In this document: positions 14,391 through 26,921 of the stretch, one piece after another
Numbering within the stretch: position 1 is the first letter of the stretch
Layout: every line of letters starts with the position of its first letter
Assembly (NCBI RefSeq): GCF_009834535.1
Contig: NC_045696.1
Location: 22,694,001-22,758,000 of the forward strand
DNA: 64,000 bases
Reading direction: 5' to 3'
Source: Camelus ferus
Lineage: Eukaryota
Made by a program: the position numbers and the translations under genes
The notes under the pieces: generated by a model
The model's input: the letters and a program-made list of their open reading frames with translations, nothing else
Database searches by the model: none
What the model was told of the DNA's origin: nothing

Positions 14391-15046
14391 ATCTTCTTTA
14401 TCCAGTCATCTGTTGATGGGTATTTAATTTGCTTCCACATCTTGGCCATTATAAATAGTGCTGCTGTGAACACTGAGGTGCATGTATCTTTTCTTTCCTT
14501 TTTTCTCTAGTTAAACAATGATTTTATTGCTTGAGTACACAGACAAATTTATGCAACTAGGGCAGAGGCTGTGGATGACTTGTATTTCCAATTGTGGGGA
14601 GGACTCGTTTAGTCTTATAATATCGAGCCAACTGGTGAATATGGCTCTCAATCAGAATCAGATATAATTTAGTATCTTTATCCTTCCTGTTCCTCTCAAG
14701 ATGCTTTTGAACAGCATCATTTAATTTAATCAATCTATCATTTAATTAAGAAGGCTGTTGCTGTTTGAAAGCATGTATCTTTTTTAATTAGATTTTCCTC
14801 AAGATATATGCTCAGGAGAGGGACTGCTGGATCATATTATAAGTCTATTTTTAGTTTTTTAAGGAATCTCCATACTGTGCACCAAACTACATTCCCACCA
14901 ATAGTGTAGGAGGGTTCCATTTTCTATACACCCTCTCCAGCATTTATTGTTTGTGGACTTCTTAATGATGACCATTCTGACTGGTGTGAGGTGAGACCTT
15001 ATTATAGTTTTGATTTGCATTTCTCTGATAATTAGCAATATTGAGC
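14391..15046 (-). mobile_element. Younger L1 ORF2 C-terminal fragment without 3' UTR or poly(A), interrupted by the RPS13 retrocopy
   Basis: atcttctttatccagtcatctgttgatggg...gaccattctgactggtgtgaggtg...attagcaatattgagc. Closely similar to 23469-23850. Confidence 0.9.
14493..14774 (-). pseudogene. RPS13: Processed pseudogene of ribosomal protein S13 (uS15), 3' part, 5'-truncated with an inversion
   Basis: Minus strand 14716-14549 reads [54 protein letters not shown], the RPS13 C-terminus with a 1-nt deletion. It is followed by AATAAA (14523-14528) and a decayed A-tail. Plus strand 14734-14774 reads [15 protein letters not shown] gcatgtatctttt at 14480-14492 and 14771-14783. Confidence 0.95.
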
Positions 15047-15455
15047 TCTCATATACTTTTAACTTAATATAAAGCTACAATAATTGGAGTAATAGATATA
15101 TACCAATGGAAAGAAATGTAAAGTTTAAAACAGACCCTCATACATTTGGGAATTTCATATATAACAAGCTATCATTTCTAATTAGTAAAGATTAGATTAT
15201 TTTAAAAAATGATGTTGGGATAGCAAAGTAGCAATCTTGAAAAAATTATTAAGTTGGCAGTGGATCTCCTATGTCTCATACTAAATAAACTCCAAAAAGT
15301 GAAATATTTAAATTTGTAAGAGAAATAATCAAAATTCTTTTAAAAAGGGAAAATATGTTTCTTAAAGATGCCAAAATGTGGATGGTTTTAAAATAAATAA
15401 ATAAATGAATAAATAAGTAAATGAATTTCACTTTCTATAGAAAGTTCTACTTAGC

Positions 15456-16064
15456 GTCTTGGGCTTTTATCTGGAGGAAACTCTAATTTGAAAAGATACA
15501 TGCACCATAGTGGTCATAACAGCACTATTTACAGTAACCAAGACATAAAAGCAACCTAAATGTCCAATGACAGATGACTGGTTAAAGAAGTTGTGGTATA
15601 CATATACAATGAAATACTACTCAGCCATAAAAAGAAATAAAATGGTGCCATTTTTAGCAACAGGGACGGACCTGGAGATTGTCATACTAAGTGCAGTAAG
15701 CCAGAAAGAGAAAGAAAAATACCATATGATATCACTTGTATGTGGAATCTAAAAAAATGACATAAATGAACTTATTTGCACAACAGAAACAGACTCACAG
15801 ACATAGAAAACAAACATGGTTACCAAGGCAGGGGGAGAATAAATTAGGAGTTCGGGATTTGCAGAAACTAACTACGATACATGAAATAGAGAAATAACAA
15901 GTTTCTGCTATATAGCATATGGAACTATATTCATTATCTTGTAACATCTCATAATGAAAAAGAATATGAAAAGAAATATATTATGTATGTATAACTGAAT
16001 CACTATGCTGTACACCAGAAATTAATACAACATTGTAAACTGACTATCCTTTAATTAAAAATAG
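15456..16064 (+). mobile_element. Lineage-specific L1 3' end with TSD
   Basis: ORF2 tail (DWLKKLWYTYTMKYYSAIKRN) plus 3' UTR. TSD agttctacttagc at 15443-15455 and 16065-16077. Confidence 0.93.
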
Positions 16065-17929
16065 AGTTCTACTTAGCAACAACCACCCAAAGGAAAGTCA
16101 AAAGGCAATTACAAATAGGAAAAAAAAATTGAATTCATTGATGTGCTTTTGCAAATTAAAAAAATTTTCAACAACCAAGAAAAAAAATGGGCAAAAGATG
16201 TGAGCAGAAAAGAAGCTGCAAATTATTTATAAGCATGAAAAAATTCTCAGTAACACTTGTCATATGATAATTACAAATTAGAACTATTCTATTGTATTAC
16301 TTGCTTCTAGAAGTTTGGCAAAGACCTATCATTTTAATTATCTGTTACATTGGCAAAGATGTATATTATTTGTGAAGGTTTAAATTGGTATAATTTCTTA
16401 GAAGGATAACTTGTCAGTATCTACTGAAGTTAAAAATACGCAATTTTGATCCGGCAATTCCACTTCTAGGGCTTTATGCTATACTTAAATGCGTTTATAG
16501 GCAAAATTATATATGTATCCAGCTATTCAGTGAATAGCTTTTTTTCAGGGATCAAGAGACTTAAAACAATGTATAGTCCATTCTTAAGAGGATGGTGTAA
16601 ATACATTACACATATTCAAAAATCCATTTAAAAGAATAAGAAAAAATTTGTTATACTGATATATAAACAACTCCAACATTTGCTATTAAATAAGTTCTGT
16701 GTAAACAGAGAAAGTGTTCTATCATTTCTGTAAAAAAGCAAAAATAAGATGGCAATATCTTTTGAAATGAGAATATATTAACTATTTAAACTAATAATAA
16801 AATACAGTTGTAAGAAATATGTGAATATTAGACATTACTGTTCTTTAAAATACTTCCGCCGTTCTTCTTCTGAGAAGCAACTTTCCCCTCTGCTCTCCTT
16901 TTCACTTCCAAACCCAGTTTTTCCCAATTTAAGAGGAGTAGGGTTAAAAGATAAGGAATGACACAACATTTCTTTTATTTTCTTACGATAAGAGTTCAAT
17001 TCTAAATCAACATTATAGACTAGCCTCTGGATCTAACTTTGTACATCAACAAAGCATTTATTAAGGTGATGTGTTAAACTATATGTAAACATTACTCCTT
17101 TGATCTTCTTTGTTAATTTTTTTAAAGAAAAGTTTACAAAACTATAATTGTTCTTAATTTGTACCAAATAAGTACTTTGTTTGCATTTTCCTTCTCATTT
17201 AACAGGAGGCCATTAAAAAAAAGTTTCTATTATATGATTTTTAGTTCTGGATTCTGTAACATTTTTTAGTAATCATAGAATAACTTGTAGGCTAATTTTA
17301 GAAAATGTTTTCTCCAGCTGTACCCAGTTTGTTCATTTTTTTCTGCATTCAGTGCCATCTCTTGCCATTAGGTAAGCCTGCCCTCAGTCTTGCATTTTGA
17401 TAACCACTGTTGAGATCTAGGCAAATATGTTGATTTTCTTACCTTCTCCATTGATTCTTCCACTCACTCTCTGAAGCCTAGTAGGAGTGAAAGAGAAGGA
17501 AATGTGAAGATTTACAGTATAGCTCCCATTTGGGCTTTTAAACACTGAAATTTTTAATTACAGTCACCCGAGGATGGAGAAAAAGACTGACTCAAACTAG
17601 AAGGTAGATTGGGAGTAGACAGTAGACATATTTTAAGCAGAGAACAATGGGGTTGCTGAGCAACCTTCTAAATGAAAAATTCTCAATCAAAATGTTACAA
17701 ATTCCCAGGATATCTTCACGTGTAAATGCAAAATAAACCACACACTTCAAAGCTAAGGACAGATTGTTGTTATTATACACTTTGTCAATAGATAATCTAC
17801 AGCAAACTATATATTATAAAAGAATAGGCTTATGAGCACCATATGGTATCTGAAATCTTTTAGTTAAGCCCTAATGCTATCTACAAATGCTAACTATGTT
17901 TTTATCCTAATAATTAAAATCATATTATA

Positions 17930-18400
17930 ACAATCAATGGCTCAGCAACATTTATCAAGCTTTTCCTTTGTATTGAACCCCTGTTATAGAAGGTGTGAGT
18001 GACAGAATAGAAACAGTCCTCTGATAAATTATCTGCATGACACTAATGTAAAAACATGCATGTGCACGCATGCACACACATGGAGCCACTTATTGACAAA
18101 CATCTGTAAAAAGAGTAAATTGCAGAGTGAGATACAAAGTAAAAGAGTGATTCATGTCAGTAGATAATGAGATGAAAATTATCCTGTAAGCTGTTAAGTT
18201 TTGACGCCTGTGTCATGATTTAAGAAAAGGATAACAGAGAAAAAGATAAATGAAGATGGATTATTCAGAAAAGGAGATGGCAAATTTATTAATGGGGAGA
18301 AAATGTAAGAAGTTGTAGCAAACTTTGAACTTGACTGAAGTGAGAATATCAAAATGGAATTAGTTCAATGGGACTTCAGTCTAGTCATGTTTAAAAAATG
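17930..18400 (-). mobile_element. L2 LINE fragment, very decayed
   Basis: caacatttatcaagc followed by a purine-rich tract like L2 antisense. Confidence 0.4.
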
Positions 18401-19099
18401 CACTGGTATACTTATAGCCACTAAATTTATCCTGAGTCTTTCTAAGGGTCATTTCCAGTTATATTTGTATATGGCTCATTACAGCTTCACAAAGTCTACT
18501 TACATTTTCCCCTTTTCTTGACTCAACCTAAATTTCTACCTTTTATTGCTAGGTTAATTTTTACCTGTCTTCAGAGTTTTCATTATAGACAATAAAGGTG
18601 TATATCACCTTATAGGTATTGTTTTAATATTGTCCTATTGAAAAAGTAACATAGAATACTTCAATATTTGAAAAATTAGGTTTATGAGATTGCCATATTG
18701 GAAATTGAAAAAAAACAAGTCATTTTTTACAAATTTATGATAAAGTGAAAAAATATTTTTACAAGGGGATTATTTGATGACAAATCCTCTTTCTTATTTT
18801 CAAGATAGCTTTCTATTGTGAGGTCTTATGCAAAATTTCATTTAGAAAGGACATCAAAACCATAAATGTCAGAAGAATAGAGAAACAACAGAAATAATTA
18901 TGGAGGATGAATCAAAGTCAGATAACAGGATGGTTCACACACTGTTCAGTCTATGTGTAATCACAGCCGCATAGCGTTCCTTCATAGTCATTCTGACATT
19001 TATGAATTTGCTAGTATTTCATGATCCTAATTTAAAAGACTGATCTTTTTTTTCTATACTAAGACTATGAAAAACCATCTTTTGGTTTGTAACTATTAC

Positions 19100-22000
19100 A
19101 ATTATTTACAGAGTTTTATATTCACAGCAGAATTGAGTGGACAGTACAGAGAATTCCCATATAGCTTCTGCCCTCACACATGTATAGCCCCTACCACTGC
19201 CTACACCCCACACCAGAGAGCTTCATTTCTGACAATTAATTAACCTACACGGACACAGTATTATCAGCCACAAGTCTCTAGTTTACATTAGGGTTTACTT
19301 TTGGTTTTGTGTATTTTATGGGCTTTGACAAATGTATGATGACATGTATCCCTCATTACAGTATCATGTAGAATAGTTTTACTGCCCTAAAAATCCTCTG
19401 TGCTCTGCCTTTTCACATCTCCCTCTCCACTAGCCCCTGGGAAATCACTGAACTTTTTACTGTCTCCATAGCTTTGCCTTTGCCAGAATGTCATATAATA
19501 GGAATCATAGAGTATGTGTCTTTTCAGATTGGCTTCTTTCACTTATCAATACATGTTTAAGGTTCCTTCATGTCTTTTTAGCACTGAATGCTTTTTCATT
19601 GGACCTATCACAGTTTATTTATGCATTTACCTACGGAAGGACATCTTGTGTTGTCAGTGTTCTGGATTTTGGCCATTCTAATAGTGGTGTATCATTGTTA
19701 TTTTAATTTATAATTCTCTGATGACACCTGATGTTGAACATCCTCTCACATGCTTATTTGCCATTTGTATATCTTCTTTGATGAGGTGTCTGTTAAGGTC
19801 TTTTGCCCGCTTTTAGATCATTTTCTTTTTGTTGAATTTAAGAGTTCTTTGTATATGTTAGATAACAGTTCTTTATCAGATTTGTCTTTTACAAATATTT
19901 CCTCCAGTTTGTGGCTTCTCTTCTCATTCTCTTGACAGGGTCTTTTGCAGGGCAGAAGTTTTTAATTTTAACAAAGTCCAGCTTACTAATTCTTTCTTTC
20001 ATGAATCATGTTATTGGTGTTATATCTAAAGCATCATCCTGAAATCCAAGGTGACCTAGATTTTCTCCTATGTTGTCTTCTAGGAGTTTTACAGGTTTAC
20101 ATTTTACATTTAGGTCTGTGATCCACTTTGAGTTAATTTTTGTGAAGTTTGTAAGATCTGTGTCTAGATTAACTTTTTTTGCATGTGGATGTCTAGTTGT
20201 TCCAGCGCCATTTGTGATAAGAACTCTCTTTGGTATACTGCATTACTTTTGCTCCTTCAGCAATGATCAGTTTACTATATGTATGTGAGTTTCTGTTCTG
20301 TTGATCTATATCTCTTTTCTTTCACAAAGACAGCACTGTTTTGATTATCTGAGCTTTACAGTAAGCCTTGAAGTCAAGTAGTATCAGTCCTCTGACTTTG
20401 TTATTCTCCCTTGTTATTGTGTTGGTTATTCTGGGTCTTCTGTCTCTCCTTAATAGATTTTAGGTCAACTTGTTGATACCCACAAAAATAACTTGCTGAG
20501 ATTTTGGTTGGAATCCTGCTGAATGTAAAGATCTACTTGGGAAGAACTGACATCTTGGCAATATTGAATTTTCTCATTTATGACCATGAATATCTCTCCA
20601 TTTTTTAGCACTTTAATTTATTTCTTCAGAGCTTTGTAATTTTCCTCATGTAGAACTTGTTCATATTTTGTTAGATTTATACCCAAGTATTTCATTTGGG
20701 GAGATGTTAATGTAAATGGTATTGTGTTTTTAATTTCAAATTCCACTTGTTCATTGATGGTATATAGGACAGTGATTGGCTTTTGCATATTAACTCTATA
20801 TCCTACACCTTCATTATAATCACTTCTTAGTTCCAGAAGTTTTTTGTTGTGGATTTTTCTGAATTTTCTGATACAATATCAATTGCAAACAAATACAGTT
20901 TTATTTCTTCCTTCCAAATCTGTACACCTTTGATTTCCTTTTCCTGTCTCATTGCATTAGATAGGACTTCAAGTTCAATGTTGAAAAGGAGTAGTGAAAT
21001 GTGACATCTTTGCTTTGTTTCTGGTCTTAGTGGGAAGACATTTAGTTTTTCACCTTTATATATGATGTGAACTATAAGGTTTTTTTTAGATTTTAAAAAT
21101 CAAATTGTGGAAATTCCCTTTTATTCCTAGTTCGCTGAGAATTTTTATCATGAATTGGTGTTGGATTTTGTCAAATGCTTTGTCTAAATCTTTTGATAGG
21201 ATTTGTGATTTTTCTTCTTTAGTCTGTTGATATGATGAATGACATTAATTGATTTTCAAATGTTGAATCAGCCTTGCATACCTGGGATAAATTCCACTTG
21301 TTCATGGTATATAATTATTTTTATACATTTTTGGGTGGTTTGGTTTGCTAATATTTTGTTGATGATTTTTGTATTTATGATCTAAGAGATATTAGTCTAT
21401 AGTTTACTTTTCTTGTAACATCTTTATCTGATTTTGGTATTAGGGCAATGTTGGTCTCATAGAATGAGTTAGGAAGTATTCTCTTTGCTTCTATCTTCTG
21501 GAAGAGATTATAGCAGACTTGGTATAATTTCTTCCTTAGATGTTTGGTAGAATGCACAAACCATCTGAAACTAGTGCTTTTTGTTTTAAAAGGTTATTAA
21601 TTGTTGGTTCCATTTACTTAATATTATATTTGCCTATTCAAATGGTTTATTTATTCTTGTGTGAGTTTTGGAAGATTGTGTCTTTAAAAGAATCTTTCCA
21701 TTTCATCTAGGTTATCAAATTTGTGGACATAGAGATGCTCATAGTAAATCTTTATTGTCCTTTTGATGTTCATGAGATTGATAATGATGCCCCTTCTTTC
21801 ATTTCTGATATTAGTATCATTTATCTTTTCTTCATAGTTAGTTTGGTTAGAAGCTTATTGGTTTTATTGAACTTTTCAATGAACCAGCTTTTGGTTTCTT
21901 TGATTTTCTCTATTGATTTCCTATTTTCATCAATCTGCTCTAATTTTTATATATAGTCTTCTGCTTACCTTAATATGTAATTCTTTTATTTTCCTAAGGT

Positions 22001-23002
22001 GGATGCTTAGGTTATTGATTTTTAGGCCTTTCTTCTTTTCTAAAATACGCATTTGGTGTTATAAATTTCCCTCTAAGCATTTCTTTGGCTGCATTCCAAA
22101 AATTTTGATAAGTTGTATTTTCATCCTTATTTATTTCTAAATATTTAAAAATTCCTCTGGAGATTTCTTCTTTGACCCATGTTATTAGAAGTATGTGGTT
22201 TTATACCCAAGTATTTTGAAATTTTCCAGCTATTTTTCTGTAATTGATTTTTAGTTTAAATCTATTGTGATCTGGGAGCATACACTGTATGATTTCTGTT
22301 CTTCTAAATTTCTTAAGGTGTGTTTTATGGCCCAGAATGTGGCCTGTCTTGGTGATTGTTCCACGTGAGCTTGAGAAAAATGTGTATTCTGCTGTTTTGG
22401 GGTGAAGTCGTCTATAGGTGTTGTTTGTATCCAGTTGATGAATGGTGCTGTCAAGTTTGACTATGTTCTTACTAATTTTATGCCTACTAGATCTGCCCAT
22501 TTTTGATAGAGAGGTGTTGAAGTCTCCAACCATAATAGTGAATTTATCTATTTCTCCTTAAACAATTTTTTTTTTTACTTTAGGTATTTGTGTTTTGTTG
22601 TTAGATATATACACGTTAAGGAATCTAAAGAAAAATACAAAAAACTTATTTACAAAACAGAAACAGACTCACAGACATAGAAAACAAACTTATGGTTACC
22701 TGGGGTGAAAGGGGTGGGAAGGGATAAATTGAGAGTTACAGATTTGCAGATACTAACTACTATATATAAGATAGAAAAACAAGTTTATACTGTATAGCAC
22801 AGGGAACTATATTCAATAACATGTAGTTGGAGTTGATTTTTATCCACTCTGACAATCTCTGCCTTTTAATTGATGTATTTAGACATTGACATTTAAAGTA
22901 ATTATTGGTTAAGTTGGATTAATATCTGCCTCATTGATTACTGGTTTCTATATGTTGCTCTTGTTCTTTATTCCTATTTTTATCTTCCACTCTTTCCCTG
23001 CC
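19100..23002 (-). mobile_element. L1MC-type (L1MC1-like) LINE, 3' UTR through ORF2
   Basis: 3' UTR ttcacagcagaattgagtggacagtacagagaattcccatatag...actgccctaaaaatcctctgtgctctgcc. ORF2 remnants [15 protein letters not shown] (21375-21557) and endonuclease VGDFNTSLS...YTFFSSSRGT...GHILGHK (22201-22533). Confidence 0.9.
22620..22827 (+). mobile_element. Young L1 3' UTR fragment truncated at both ends, inside the L1MC
   Basis: ggaatctaaag...cttatttacaaaacagaaacagactcacagacatag...agggaactatattcaata. No A-tail. Confidence 0.88.
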
Positions 23003-24736
23003 TTTTGTTGTTTTTTTTTAATTACTGAAGTACAGTTGATTTACAATGTTTTGTTAGTTTCAGGTCTACAGCAAAGTGATTCATTCATATATGTATATAT
23101 TTTTCAGATTCTTTTTCATTGTAGGTTATTATAAGATATTGAAGATAGTTCTCTGTGTTATACAATAAATCTTTCTTGCTTACCTATTTTTTATATAGTG
23201 ATGTGTATGTTAATACCAAACTCCTAATTTAGCCCTCCCTCCCTTTCCCCTTTGGTAACCATAAATTTGTTTTCTATGTCTTTGAGTGTATTTCTGGGTT
23301 GTAAATAAGTTCATTTCCACTATAAGTGATATCATATGATATTTGTCTTTCTCTGTCTAACTTACTTCACTTAATATGGTAATCTTTAGGTCCATCCATG
23401 TTGCTGCAAATGGCATTATTTTATTCTTTAAATGGTTGAGTAGTATTCTACTGTGTATATATACTACATCTTCTTTATCCATTCATCTGTTGATGGACAT
23501 TTAGGTTGCATTCATGTCTTGGCTATTGTAAATAGTGCTGCTATGACCACTGGGATGCATGTGACTTTTTGAATTAGAGTTTTTTTCCAGATATATGCCC
23601 AGGAGTGGAATTGCTGGATCATATGATTACTTTATTATTATTATTTTTTAGTGTTTTAAGGAACCTTCACACTGTTCTCCATAGTACCTACACCAATTTA
23701 CTTTGCCACCAATGGTGTAGGAGAGTTCCTTTTTCTCCACACCCTTTCAAGGATTTATTATTTGTAGACTTTTTAATGATGGCCATTCTGACTTGTGAGG
23801 TGATACCTCATTGTAGTTTTGATTTGCATTTATCTAATAAGTAGTGATATTGGTATGTTTTCTTGTGCCTGTTGGCCATCTGAATGTCTTCTTTGGAGAA
23901 ATATCTGTTTAGGTCTTCTGGCCATTTTTTGATTGAGTTGTTTGGGGTTCTTTTTATATTAAGCTGTATGAGATGTTTGTGTATTTTGGAAATTAGTCTC
24001 TTGTCAGTTACATCATTTACAAATATTTTCTCCCATTCTGTAGATCATCTTTTCATTTTGTTTGTGGTTTCCTTTGCTTTGCAAAAGCTTTTAAGTTTAA
24101 TTAGGCCCCATTTGTTTATTTTTGCTTTTAATTCCACTACTCTAGGAGATGGATTAAAAAAATATTGCTGTGATTTATGTCAAATAGTGTTCTGTCTAAT
24201 ATTTTCCTCCAGAACTTCCAAGATTTCCAGTGTTACATGTGGATCCTTAATCCATTTTGAGTTTATTTTTGTATATAGTGTTTAAAAATGTTCTGATTTA
24301 ATTCTTTTACATGTAGCTGTCCAGTTTTCACTGCACCACTTATTGAAGAGACTGTCTTTTCTCCACTGTATATTCTTGCCTCTTTTGTTGTAGATTAATT
24401 GACCATAAATATGTGGGTTTATTTCTAAGCTTTCTATCCTGTTCCATTGAGCTATGCATCTATTTTTGTGCCAGTACTGTACTGTTTTGATTACTATAGC
24501 TTTGTAGTATAGTCTGAAGTAAGGGAGCCTGATTCTTCCAGCTCCATTTCTCTTTCTCAAGATTGTTTTGGCTATTTGGGGTCTTTTGTGTTCCAATACA
24601 AATTTAAAAATCTTTTGTTCCAGTTCTGTGAAAACTGGCATTAATAATTTGCATTGAATCTGTATATTGCCTTGGGTAGTATGGCCATTTTAACAATATT
24701 TATTTTTCAAGTCCACGAACAATATATTTTCCATCT
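23003..24736 (-). mobile_element. Lineage-specific L1, 5'-truncated, about 1.7 kb
   Basis: T-run at 23011-23019, then 3' UTR and an ORF2 remnant at 24282-24641 ([29 protein letters not shown]...KDSLFNKWC). Confidence 0.93.
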
Positions 24737-24751
24737 AGAATGCTCTGAATT

Positions 24752-24788
24752 TGGGGTATAGTTCAGGGGTAGAGCATTTGACTGCAGA
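24752..24788 (+). pseudogene. Tailless retrocopy of a tRNA-Cys(GCA) 5' half
   Basis: tggggtatagttcaggggtagagcatttgactgcaga against the tRNA-Cys 5' sequence GGGGGTATAGCTCAGGGGTAGAGCATTTGACTGCAGA (2 mismatches). Flanked by agaatgctctgaatt at 24737-24751 and 24786-24800. Confidence 0.9.
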
Positions 24789-25245
24789 ATGCTCTGAATT
24801 ATTTCAAAATGATTATTTTTCCCTCCTCCTGCCTGAAATATGAGGGGATTTTCTATGATATTCAGTGTGAGAATCTGACAGATTTCCTGGAGGTAAAGCT
24901 CACAAAAATGTGATAACTTCCCCAGAACTGATACATCCTGGAGTTTTTAACTTTCAGACTTGTCCACACTGAGCCTCTGGCAATTCAGTCACAATTCAGA
25001 TTTTCCTACCTCAGTACTAGTTTCCATGGAGGTTTCTGCTGGTGGGTTTCTGTTCTGGTAAGTTGTGATTCTGTATATTTGTCTGTGTCTCTTCAATTCT
25101 GGGTACAGCAGTTTGCCTCGTGACCTCATGTCTCTGGTGGATCTAAGAAAAATTGTTGATTGTTTTAGTTTGTCCAGGTTTTTACTTTTTGTTAAAATGG
25201 AATGCCAGCTTCCAAGCTCCTTGTGTGCCATATTGGAAAGCTAGA
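24786..25245 (-). mobile_element. Old L1M 5' end, probably belonging to the L1MC at 19100-23002
   Basis: atgaggggattttctatgatattcagtgtgagaatctg...cttgtccacactgagcctctggcaattc...ggatctaagaaaaattgttgatt matches recalled L1M 5'-end consensus. Confidence 0.75.
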
Positions 25246-26019
25246 TTTATTTGACTCCTTAGACTTAATTATTACTAAATTTTCATATTAGGCCCATATT
25301 TGAATCCATCTAGAAAGACTTTTTTCATTGTTAAATGAATGAGTTTCCACTGGTTTCTGTTTTTAAGTAAACTTTCTACCTCATAGGAGAAAATCAGGCC
25401 TAATTTTAAGTGGGTGACATACTTAATAGTTTCATTAAAAAGCATAAAAATCACATTTTGTCTATGACTTGACTACTTATGTTAAATTATTTAGAAGACT
25501 AGAAAAGGAAAGAAGGATTTCTTAGTGTTTTGTTAACAGTAGTTTTTTTTTTTTTCCTTTTGCAAAATTAAGTAATGCCTGTACTTGGATGATGGCCCTT
25601 TTGAGACAAAAGGTACAGAATCTCTCCAGAACAAAAGATATTTGACCACAAACTTTTGTTTAAAATTTGTGTCATTATAAGTGTGATGAAGTCTATGGAA
25701 TCCAGGTAAAACGTCTTGATTTAAAATGATTTCTTCCTGGATCTTACAGATAATCACCACAATTTCTAGTATTTACAGTAGGTGTTTTCTTTACAACTCT
25801 TTATTCAATTGAATATTGCTAATTGGTTTTTACAACTCTTTCATATATGATTTTCAAAGTTACTTTTTTCTAACTTTTATAATTTCTTAAACAATCTTTT
25901 GTCAGTTAACTATCACCAAATCTCTATTTTTAGTAGAAAATATTATGCAATTCATGAAATTCTGTTACATACATTTACATTTTCAATCTAGATAAAGTTA
26001 TTTAAGACATATTTACACA

Positions 26020-26165
26020 TGAGTTCAAATCCCCTTTTTCCTGTTCACTGTCTTTATAAACTTTGGGTAAATTACTGTACCTTTCCTAGTCTTGGGTTCA
26101 TCTCTAGTAATATGGAGGTTGGAATGCCTACATCATAAAATGGTTGTAACAAGTAAGCAGCTAAC
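26020..26165 (+). mobile_element. MIR SINE
   Basis: gagttcaaatccc...actttgggtaaattact...aatgcctacatcataaaatggttgt. Confidence 0.55.
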
Positions 26166-26764
26166 TTAAGGACTTCTCTTAGGGACTGCTCCAAAGAATG
26201 CTCTCAGCAATTTTGAGCTTTTAATCCCATTTTCTTTACTTACAGTTACTCCAGGTTATGTTTATCTATACAAATATCTGGTGCCCCTCACTGGCAGCAT
26301 GTAGCATTGGGTAGAGTTATAGTCCTAGAGTATCTGATTGCAATTTATCCCACAGTGACAAATAACGTCAAATTATGCTTGTAGGACACCTGTCTAAAAT
26401 GCTTTTCAAACTAAAGTTGGCATCTGTGAATTGTCCCAGGCTGGCAGCCATAAAAGGATTGAGCTCTACACTCTCCCTAAAGACCTATAGAATATCTGAA
26501 ACTAAATGCCTCGTGTAAGTAGCAGAAAAATTCTTTCCACGGAGTAGGTAAGCAGAAAGCACTGGCTTCTTTATAAATGTGGAATTTTTCCAAATCAAAT
26601 ATAAGGAAGAAGGAAAGAGAGGGAAACGACCAGAGAATTTCAGTGTCCTACTTTGTACTTTACAGAGGAAGAGGTAAAAATGCAGAAACAATTTGAAAAG
26701 AATATCATAATTTATCAAATACATTTATACATTAGCTCCTTTGAACCTGATAGATAGAACTGTC

Positions 26765-26870
26765 ACATAGCAAAATGGTAGGTATCTGTATCTTCCTCTG
26801 CAGATGAGGAAAGAATCACAGAGTGGCTAAGTGACTCACTGAATATACAGGAATCACTGATGGGACTTTC
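26765..26870 (-). mobile_element. MIR fragment
   Basis: tgcagatgaggaaagaatcacagagtggctaagtgact. Confidence 0.5.
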
Positions 26871-26921
26871 CATTACTCAACCCTTTCTTATACCATTTAG
26901 AAATTTCTATTATAATAACTA

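Larger units (their letters stand above)
14170..16760 (+). mobile_element. Old L1 (L1M/L1ME-like) ORF2 to 3' region, hosting nested insertions at 14391-15046 and 15456-16064
   Basis: ORF2 remnant REFRNVSGYKINAQRSI; cagaccctcatacatttggg; aaaatgggcaaaagatgtgagcaga; ttgatccggcaattccacttctagg. Confidence 0.7.

Noticed and set aside
24752..24788. Functional tRNA-Cys gene
   Set aside because: Only the 5' half is present, with no T-arm or B box.
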